IMG/VR virus record: IMGVR_UViG_3300027816_000052
Coordinates: 186,001-250,000 of that record
Reading direction: 5' to 3' (one strand)
Length of the DNA stretch: 64,000 bases
Part shown: positions 57,820-63,901 of the stretch, in pieces
Layout of the letters: each line of letters starts with the position of its first letter
Position numbering within the stretch: the first letter of the stretch is position 1
Made by a program: the position numbers and the translations under genes
Notes under the pieces: generated by a model
The model's database searches: none
What the model was told of the DNA's origin: nothing
Seen by the model: only the letters and a program-made list of their open reading frames with translations

Positions 57820-57952
57820 ACATAACGTTTCGCAGCTTGGCGAGGTGCGGGATTTACAGCACTAAAGACGATTAGAATTACAAATTTTTAAATAAAAAAC
57901 AATATGTCAAACGAAGTACAAAACCCCGCATCTTGCCAAACTGCTGTTATAT
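57820..57952 (+). repeat. attC-like hairpin (133 bp) containing the start codon of the next gene
   Basis: GCAGCTTGGCGAGGTGCGGG / CCCGCATCTTGCCAAACTGC stem; ATG at 57904. Confidence 0.88.
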
Positions 57953-58185
57953 GCCGCCTTTTTGATTTGGGAAGGAAAGGGTTAACATGGGATTGGTCAA
58001 AATTGGAACTGAAAAAACAATACTTTATCAGTCGTGAAGATGTTTTGAATATGAATATGCTTTGGCAACTTGCACAAGGTGGTATAACTGAACAAGCACA
58101 ATCTTTGAATGCAGAAGTATTGATTTGGGAAGATGTCATAAAAAACGGATGGTACTTGTTGCTGAGACCGCAAGGTGGCATATAA
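57904..58185 (+). CDS. Cassette 12 protein starting within the upstream hairpin
   Basis: The first ~15 codons (MSNEVQNPASCQTAV) are hairpin sequence. Confidence 0.65.
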   Translation: MSNEVQNPASCQTAVICRLFDLGRKGLTWDWSKLELKKQYFISREDVLNMNMLWQLAQGGITEQAQSLNAEVLIWEDVIKNGWYLLLRPQGGI

Positions 58186-58313
58186 CGGTTTGCGTATTGC
58201 TGACGTTGCCAATTTGAAACACAAATGTTGAATTAAAAACAAAAAAATAAATATGAAAATCAGAGTTGAAGTTAAAGACGAAGCTGGCAATGTTCAGCAA
58301 TACGTTGTTAGGC
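58180..58313 (+). repeat. attC-like hairpin (134 bp) containing the start codon of the next gene
   Basis: CGTATTGCTGACGTTGCCA / TGGCAATGTTCAGCAATACG stem; ATG at 58253. Confidence 0.88.
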
Positions 58314-58471
58314 GCAGTTACTTGGTCAAATTTGTTGACCCGAAGAAAGAGTATCCTGTTACCTACACAATTAAACACGATGGCACAAGAGTAAATGAAC
58401 CTGCAATGCTCAAAGGCGAAGATTTAACCGAAAATCAAATTGCACAACTTTTCTCGAAGGGTTTGTTGTAA
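58253..58471 (+). CDS. Cassette 13 protein starting within the upstream hairpin
   Basis: The first ~19 codons (MKIRVEVKDEAGNVQQYVV) are hairpin sequence. Confidence 0.65.
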   Translation: MKIRVEVKDEAGNVQQYVVRRSYLVKFVDPKKEYPVTYTIKHDGTRVNEPAMLKGEDLTENQIAQLFSKGLL

Positions 58472-58475
58472 TTGC

Positions 58476-58570
58476 GCCTAACGATTGGGTGTATATGTAG
58501 TTTTTTATTTGGAAATGTCAAAACTTATTCGTACCTTTGTAAAAAAAATTACATATACACCTTGTTATGT
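58476..58570 (+). repeat. attC-like hairpin (95 bp) with a promoter in its loop
   Basis: GGTGTATATGTAGTTTTTT / AAAAAATTACATATACACC stem. Confidence 0.88.
58508..58539 (+). promoter_or_regulatory. Bacteroidota housekeeping-type promoter inside the attC-like loop
   Basis: TTTG-N20-TACCTTTG. Confidence 0.75.
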
Positions 58571-58601
58571 ATAGTTTATTCACAAATTAAAATAAAAGTT
58601 T

Positions 58602-58808
58602 ATGAAACAACCAAAAATTAAAATAACCGACATTCACGGTAAAGACTGGGGTATTAAAAAAGTAAAAACACTTCATTGGAATTTGGACGGAAAATTAAAC
58701 ACAATTCAAGTTGATTTTTCTGGAACTATGGATATGTATGATTTAGATGATGAAGGCGTTTTTACTAATCCACATGGTAATATGAAAGGCGTTATCATTT
58801 GGGAATAA
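58602..58808 (+). CDS. Cassette 14 hypothetical protein
   Basis: 68-aa ORF. Confidence 0.65.
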   Translation: MKQPKIKITDIHGKDWGIKKVKTLHWNLDGKLNTIQVDFSGTMDMYDLDDEGVFTNPHGNMKGVIIWE

Positions 58809-58813
58809 ATTAT

Positions 58814-58866
58814 ACATAACTAGTATATATAAGTAAGTATAATCTAACCACTTAAAAATAAAGGAC
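58814..58866 (+). other. Candidate attI-like half-site between the last cassette and the recombinase
   Basis: ACATAAC is followed by TAGTATATATAAGTAAG rather than by a hairpin; no partner GTT arm. Confidence 0.5.
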
Positions 58867-59667
58867 TTGAATAATAAAATTATTAAGATTTGTGAAGAAA
58901 AGTTTATATATTTAAACTATTCACCAAGAACAAAAGATAATTATCTTTCACATATAAAAAATTTCTTAAATCACATTGGTAGTAAACAAGTAATACATTG
59001 TAATGCTCAAGATTTTCAATCCTATTTAGATAATTATAAATTCACTTCAACAGCACAACAAAACCAAATCATTAACGCAATAAGATTTCTCTACAAATTT
59101 GGTCTTAATAAAAAATATGATAAAATATCGTTTAAAAGACCTAAATCTGAGAAGAAACTACCAAAAGTAATTGATTCAAATTCAATCATTGATAAATTAA
59201 ATAAGATTGATAATCTCAAACACAAAGCAATTCTCACCTTAACTTTTTCAGTTGGTCTACGAGTCTCAGAAATAATTAATCTTAAAATAGAGGATATTGA
59301 TTCCAAGCGAATGTTAATCCACATTAAGAACGCAAAAGGAAGAAAAGATAGAGTTGTTCCATTATCTCAAAATGTATTAAGACTATTAAGAACTTATTAT
59401 AAAAATTATATCCCAAAGGAATATCTCTTCAATGGACAAAACAGTACTAAATATTCAATAGGTAGTTGTCAGAAAATATACAAAAAATATATTGAATCTG
59501 ATGGACATATACACACACTTAGACACAGTTTTGCAACATCCTTATTAGAAAATGGAACAGATTTAAGAATTATTCAAAAAATTCTTGGTCATTCAAATGT
59601 TAAAACCACAGAAATATACACACACGTTTCAAATCAAATTTTGAACAAAATTAATTTGCCAGTTTGA
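58867..59667 (+). CDS. Compact tyrosine recombinase (integron-integrase-like, lacking the IntI insertion)
   Basis: SAM-like N-terminus YSPRTKDNY, GLRVSE (R), AKGRKDR (K), HTLRHSFAT (HxxR), LGH and TEIYTH (Y). TTG start. Confidence 0.92.
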   Translation: MNNKIIKICEEKFIYLNYSPRTKDNYLSHIKNFLNHIGSKQVIHCNAQDFQSYLDNYKFTSTAQQNQIINAIRFLYKFGLNKKYDKISFKRPKSEKKLPKVIDSNSIIDKLNKIDNLKHKAILTLTFSVGLRVSEIINLKIEDIDSKRMLIHIKNAKGRKDRVVPLSQNVLRLLRTYYKNYIPKEYLFNGQNSTKYSIGSCQKIYKKYIESDGHIHTLRHSFATSLLENGTDLRIIQKILGHSNVKTTEIYTHVSNQILNKINLPV

Positions 59668-59686
59668 AAAGTTTTAGTTATCTTTG
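59655..59686 (+). promoter_or_regulatory. Bacteroidota-type promoter
   Basis: TTTG-N20-TATCTTTG upstream of 59702. Confidence 0.8.
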
Positions 59687-59701
59687 TCAAAAATAACAAA
59701 A

Positions 59702-59983
59702 ATGAAAAAAGAAGTTTTTGAAATTATCATCTGGAATGATACATTTGGAAAAGTGGTTGATGAAAGATTTGTTGATGAAACACAATTTTCGATTTTTTTG
59801 AAAGCGATTAAGGGTTGCTTGGATACAACACAAGATTTTAGTTATTTTAATGGAAAAAACTTTTTAATCCACATTCCTTTTGCAGTTTTGAAAAATAGCG
59901 TTATCTTTACCAAAGAAAATGAAATTGGTGTAAGTGAAATCATTAAATCAAAAGCTGAAGCTCTAACAACTAAAACAAAATAA
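59702..59983 (+). CDS. Hypothetical protein
   Basis: ATG at 59702, downstream of a promoter. Confidence 0.65.
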   Translation: MKKEVFEIIIWNDTFGKVVDERFVDETQFSIFLKAIKGCLDTTQDFSYFNGKNFLIHIPFAVLKNSVIFTKENEIGVSEIIKSKAEALTTKTK

Positions 59984-59987
59984 TAAA

Positions 59988-60137
59988 ATGGGAAAACTTT
60001 TCAAAATCATTCTTGGTGTTATTTTGGTATACATTGGCGGAAAAATGGTTTACAACAATGTAAAAGGTAAAAAAGATGAAGAATTTAATTTTAATGATTT
60101 TAAAGACTTGAAAGCAATTAAAGATATTGAATTTTAA
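59988..60137 (+). CDS. Small single-TM protein (49 aa, not in the track)
   Basis: MGKLFKIILGVILVYIGGKMV... Confidence 0.55.
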   Translation: MGKLFKIILGVILVYIGGKMVYNNVKGKKDEEFNFNDFKDLKAIKDIEF

Positions 60138-60141
60138 AAAA

Positions 60142-60384
60142 ATGATAGAAAAAATTTTAGAGATATATGATGATGCTAGCTTTATGAAAGCTGACGGATT
60201 TGATAATGCAATAATCGGTATTGATGAGGTTGATATGCGATTAATATATTCGGTATCAAAATGTATTGACATTCTGAAAAAAGATGGTATGAATTATGAA
60301 GAAGCAAGAGAGTTTTTTGATTTTAATGTGAGCGGTTCTTATGTTGGTGAAAAAACACCAATATGGTGTTATGATGATTTTTAA
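60142..60384 (+). CDS. Conserved phage hypothetical protein (ADGFDxAIIG family)
   Basis: MKADGFDNAIIG...EEAREFFDFNV.GSYVGEKTP. Confidence 0.7.
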   Translation: MIEKILEIYDDASFMKADGFDNAIIGIDEVDMRLIYSVSKCIDILKKDGMNYEEAREFFDFNVSGSYVGEKTPIWCYDDF

Positions 60385-60442
60385 TTTCTTGGTTTTTTAA
60401 ACCAAGTGGTGGAGCGACCTGCAAGCGTTTGGTCCCAAATAT

Positions 60443-60478
60443 AAATGGTGATAGAAATATCACCATTTTATTTTTTTG
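60443..60478 (+). terminator. Intrinsic terminator
   Basis: AAATGGTGATA-GAAA-TATCACCATTT followed by a T run. Confidence 0.8.
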
Positions 60479-60507
60479 TTATATTTATATATAAAACACT
60501 TCAAAAA

Positions 60508-60825
60508 ATGGCAAAATTCATTCTTACCGAAAAACAAATGGCGGAAGTTCTTCAGCATATTGAGAAAACAAAAAAACAAGTTAATGAAGATAAGGACGGT
60601 TCTTATATGGCAAAACAACAATTATTTACAATTGCAACATTAGCATATAAAATGTGGGAGCAATTGGGTGATGATGAACAACTTGATGATTGGATGGAAT
60701 CAAAGATAGCACAAGCTGAACAATCCGTTGTTGCTGTTGTTAAAGCATATATGTATGATGAGGTTGAAGATAAAATGAAGGGAATGGATAAGTTGGACCA
60801 TAATGATTTAATTATTGGGAATTGA
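60508..60825 (+). CDS. Late protein with an N-terminal ILTEKQM motif
   Basis: ATG at 60508; ATATTTAT upstream; C-terminal QLDDWMESKIAQA. Confidence 0.7.
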   Translation: MAKFILTEKQMAEVLQHIEKTKKQVNEDKDGSYMAKQQLFTIATLAYKMWEQLGDDEQLDDWMESKIAQAEQSVVAVVKAYMYDEVEDKMKGMDKLDHNDLIIGN

Positions 60826-60852
60826 CCTTTTGACTTTTTCTTTTTATCTTTA
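60822..60852 (+). promoter_or_regulatory. Bacteroidota-type promoter (variant -7 box)
   Basis: TTG-N20-TATCTTTA upstream of 60866. Confidence 0.6.
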
Positions 60853-60865
60853 TGGTGTTAAACCA

Positions 60866-61081
60866 ATGGAAAAAAGAAAACTAAAAATAGAATTAAACGA
60901 ATATTGTTATAATTGCGCTGATGGCTGTTGTACTCATTATGGTACAATAACCAAAGTTAATGGTCAAGAATTGGAATTGCATAATGATGATACAGCAACA
61001 ATACTTAAACAAGTATTGAAACATTTGGGTTATGAAGTCGAAATAACAACTAATGTAGCAGATGATTATGGGAATGTTTGA
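60866..61081 (+). CDS. Small Cys-containing hypothetical protein
   Basis: YCYNCADGCC; promoter upstream. Confidence 0.6.
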   Translation: MEKRKLKIELNEYCYNCADGCCTHYGTITKVNGQELELHNDDTATILKQVLKHLGYEVEITTNVADDYGNV

Positions 61082-61370
61082 TGATTTATATATTGATAAA
61101 AAACATCTACCTGACGAGTTAAAAGATTATGAATTTGGTTGGAAAACCAAAAGTCATCATAGACTTCTTAATTTATTGAAAATCGATGAAAATGGTAATC
61201 TATTATTGGTTGATGTTGATGAATATGGTAATCATGGAGAAACTGAAAAACTAAATTATACTGGTGAGATTAGATTTTATCAAAATATTAACTCAATATG
61301 GTACGAATTTGTTGCTTTTTTTGTGAAAGGTGAAATGTTAAAAATAATTAAATTAGAAGAAAATGAGTAA
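61068..61370 (+). CDS. Hypothetical protein (MGMFD family)
   Basis: MGMFDDL...YTGEIRFY. Confidence 0.65.
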   Translation: MGMFDDLYIDKKHLPDELKDYEFGWKTKSHHRLLNLLKIDENGNLLLVDVDEYGNHGETEKLNYTGEIRFYQNINSIWYEFVAFFVKGEMLKIIKLEENE

Positions 61371-61572
61371 AGAACTAAAACCAGTTGAATATAAAATTAC
61401 AACAAAAGCTGATGTTGTGTTATATGAAGGATTTGATATTAAATTAGCGGTTAGAGCATATTCAGATCTTAGTGCGGATAAACGGTTTGAAAGACGTGGC
61501 GATGATGAATGGAAACTAAAATTCTACAAACCCGAAAATAATGAGTTCTTTAAACCAAAAGTTTTTAGATAA
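61363..61572 (+). CDS. Hypothetical protein
   Basis: 69-aa ORF. Confidence 0.55.
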   Translation: MSKELKPVEYKITTKADVVLYEGFDIKLAVRAYSDLSADKRFERRGDDEWKLKFYKPENNEFFKPKVFR

Positions 61573-61576
61573 TCTT

Positions 61577-61608
61577 TTTGGAATTTGAAATTTTTTTTCT
61601 TAGATTTG
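61577..61608 (+). promoter_or_regulatory. Bacteroidota-type promoter
   Basis: TTTG-N20-TAGATTTG upstream of 61629. Confidence 0.8.
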
Positions 61609-61628
61609 CATAATAAAATAAGCAAAAT

Positions 61629-62609
61629 ATGAAAGACGCAACGATTGAAATTATTTCTGAAGTCAAAGCTCATCCTGATGCAGATAGACTTGATCTTGTT
61701 AAGATTCTTGGGTTTCAATGCGTTACACAAAAAGGACTTTATAAGGGTGGTGAGAAAATTGTTTATATTCGACCTGATGCGGTTCTTCCTATTGAACCTT
61801 GGACTGAAGAGTATCGAAAATATTCACCAAAACGAATCAAAGCTGTAAAACTTCGTGGCGAATTTAGTGAAGGTATTATTGTTAGGTTTGAACAACTTCC
61901 AGTTGATTTATCAAATCTTCAAGTTGGCTCTGATGTGAGTGAACAAATTGGTGTTGTTCATTATGAAGCACCACAACCACAAGATCTTCAAGCAAAAGGT
62001 TATCTTCCGGTTGGAATTGGTCCCACTGATGAAATTCGATTTGAGAATATCATTGATGAACTTCCATTCGGTTCAATTGTTGATGTTACATCTAAAGTTG
62101 ATGGACAAAGTTGTAGTTTCTATTATAACATTGAAACTGATGAATTTGGTGTTCTTGGAAGAAACTTGGAAATGAAGTTGGATGCGGTAAATAACTATAC
62201 CGCACATGTTGCTCGTTACAACATTAAAAATAAGCTTATTGACTATTGCAAAAAACATAATGTTTCTTTGTGCATTCGTGGTGAGTCGTTTGGTCAAGGG
62301 ATTCAAAGTTCTGGAAACAATCCACATTCTCAAAAACCAAAAGGGTGGGTAATGTTTTCTGTATATAACATTAAAGAACGTAAATATCATAGAAAGAACG
62401 ATAGATTCTATTTTAGAAATGTTGCGCAAGAATTGGAATTACCATTCGTTGATATCATTGAATTGGATGTCGAATTAACTAATGAGTTGATTCAAAAATA
62501 TTCGGTTGGTATTGATAAAATTGAAGGTAAACCTTTTGAGGGTGTTGTAATTAATCATGAAAATGGTTCTTTTAAAGTTATTAACAAATCTTATGATTCT
62601 AAAAAATGA
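61629..62609 (+). CDS. RNA ligase, DRB0094/Rnl5-like family
   Basis: N-terminal HPDADRL...RIKAVKLRGEFSEG module, SKVDGQS (KxDG), RGE, EGVV and SFKVIN. Confidence 0.85.
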   Translation: MKDATIEIISEVKAHPDADRLDLVKILGFQCVTQKGLYKGGEKIVYIRPDAVLPIEPWTEEYRKYSPKRIKAVKLRGEFSEGIIVRFEQLPVDLSNLQVGSDVSEQIGVVHYEAPQPQDLQAKGYLPVGIGPTDEIRFENIIDELPFGSIVDVTSKVDGQSCSFYYNIETDEFGVLGRNLEMKLDAVNNYTAHVARYNIKNKLIDYCKKHNVSLCIRGESFGQGIQSSGNNPHSQKPKGWVMFSVYNIKERKYHRKNDRFYFRNVAQELELPFVDIIELDVELTNELIQKYSVGIDKIEGKPFEGVVINHENGSFKVINKSYDSKK

Positions 62610-62800
62610 ACAATCGAAGAAATTCATTGTTTGGTAAAAAAGTAGTTGTTGGTCCTTGGGGATGGGGTAAAATTGGCGAAGTAAGTGTTCAAAAAACAGA
62701 TGTTACTGTTTTTTATTATGTGTTTGGTATCTTAGTACATTGTGTAACAGCACATAATGTTTCTTATGATACAGCAGTAGAAATGGGTTATAAAAAATAA
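62606..62800 (+). CDS. Hypothetical protein
   Basis: 64-aa ORF. Confidence 0.55.
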   Translation: MNNRRNSLFGKKVVVGPWGWGKIGEVSVQKTDVTVFYYVFGILVHCVTAHNVSYDTAVEMGYKK

Positions 62801-62804
62801 AAAA

Positions 62805-63185
62805 ATGACTGATAATAAATATATACCAATAGTGACAGATGAGACCATTGAAAAATGGTCAGAAGGAGATAGTTTTGCTGCGGTTATTGCTGAAGAGGTT
62901 AGAGATGTTTATGAGATTCATATCTCAGAAGGTCGATTGAAGTGGGTCGAATATGTGGAAGTTCATCATCCATCAGTACCCGAAGAAGAATGGAAAAAAT
63001 GGGTTGATGGTAATGATGTTGAATTTTCTATGTTGGTGACTAAATGTTGTAATAAAAATCCTTGGATTCCACCTTGGGCATATAAAAATGCAGAATTAGA
63101 CCATATTAATAAAAGAATTGTTTATCCGAATAAGTGTTGGGTTTGTCCGGGATGTGGTAATCAAATTAAAAAACTAATAAAATGA
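62805..63185 (+). CDS. Hypothetical protein with a C-terminal zinc ribbon
   Basis: KCC...CPGCG. Confidence 0.6.
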   Translation: MTDNKYIPIVTDETIEKWSEGDSFAAVIAEEVRDVYEIHISEGRLKWVEYVEVHHPSVPEEEWKKWVDGNDVEFSMLVTKCCNKNPWIPPWAYKNAELDHINKRIVYPNKCWVCPGCGNQIKKLIK

Positions 63186-63397
63186 ATTTAAGAATCGTTG
63201 AAAGAACCTATCCAAGTGGAAATATCTTATATGTTATACAGAAGAAACATTGGTTATTTAAAGATAAGTGGGTGGATTGTGAAATAGCTTCTTTTGGTTT
63301 TTATGAGACCGCAAGATTTAAAACTTTAGAAGAAGCAAAAAAGAATCTTTATCTATTTAGTAAAACTAAAATTATTGATAAAGTTGTTTATCCATGA
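63182..63397 (+). CDS. Hypothetical protein
   Basis: 71-aa ORF. Confidence 0.6.
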   Translation: MNLRIVERTYPSGNILYVIQKKHWLFKDKWVDCEIASFGFYETARFKTLEEAKKNLYLFSKTKIIDKVVYP

Positions 63398-63543
63398 TTT
63401 GTTTTGAATCACCAAAATGTTCGGAATGTTTAGAATCCGCTGGATGGGCATTAGCTTGTGGATTCGATATTTTATTTTTTGTTGGTGGTTTATTCATCTT
63501 AATTCTAATGATAATTCGTCTTAAAAATGAAAATAAAAAATGA
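63394..63543 (+). CDS. Small membrane protein (49 aa, not in the track)
   Basis: ATGA overlaps with the genes on both sides. Confidence 0.5.
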   Translation: MICFESPKCSECLESAGWALACGFDILFFVGGLFILILMIIRLKNENKK

Positions 63544-63899
63544 AAAAATTTGTTATTGAAAATATAGGTTGGCAAAGTATGAATATATTTGAATATTCGC
63601 ATCCAAATAAAACAAAAATTGATTTTGAAAATGATGTTAAAATTGCGATTAAGAATGCTGCTGAATTTTTAACATCTAACTCAAATGATTATTTAATTTC
63701 GGTTGATGATTTGTTAAGGATAACTGATAAAGAATTGTTAGCATTAGGATATAATCATCCACAAATACCTGATGTGATAATTTCGATTGATTCTGAAAGT
63801 TTAATTGATTCCAATTGTAAAGATATTGAGAATTTAGTTGGAAAAGAATTGTTCGATAAAATTAATTCACATAATAATGAACATAATCCATATTTATAG
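63540..63899 (+). CDS. Hypothetical protein
   Basis: 119-aa ORF. Confidence 0.6.
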   Translation: MKKFVIENIGWQSMNIFEYSHPNKTKIDFENDVKIAIKNAAEFLTSNSNDYLISVDDLLRITDKELLALGYNHPQIPDVIISIDSESLIDSNCKDIENLVGKELFDKINSHNNEHNPYL

Positions 63900-63901
63900 T
63901 T

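Larger units (their letters stand above)
50232..59667 (+). mobile_element. Integron-like gene-cassette array (14 cassette bodies) with an adjacent tyrosine recombinase
   Basis: Regular alternation of GTTA...TAAC-bounded gene units with AAC...GTT hairpins, ending next to a recombinase. Confidence 0.88.

Noticed and set aside
50232-58820. Cassette array read as CRISPR, REP/BIME repeats or plain terminators
   Set aside because: The hairpins differ in sequence and length, share AAC/GTT cores, alternate strictly with genes and abut a recombinase. They lack the U-tract placement of terminators.
60385-60442. GC-richer intergenic stretch with a small hairpin (CTTGGTTTTTTAAACCAAG...GGAGCGACCTGCAAG) as an ncRNA
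   Set aside because: It is too short and has no recognisable family motif. It could be a 3' UTR ahead of the terminator, and only an Rfam search could support it.
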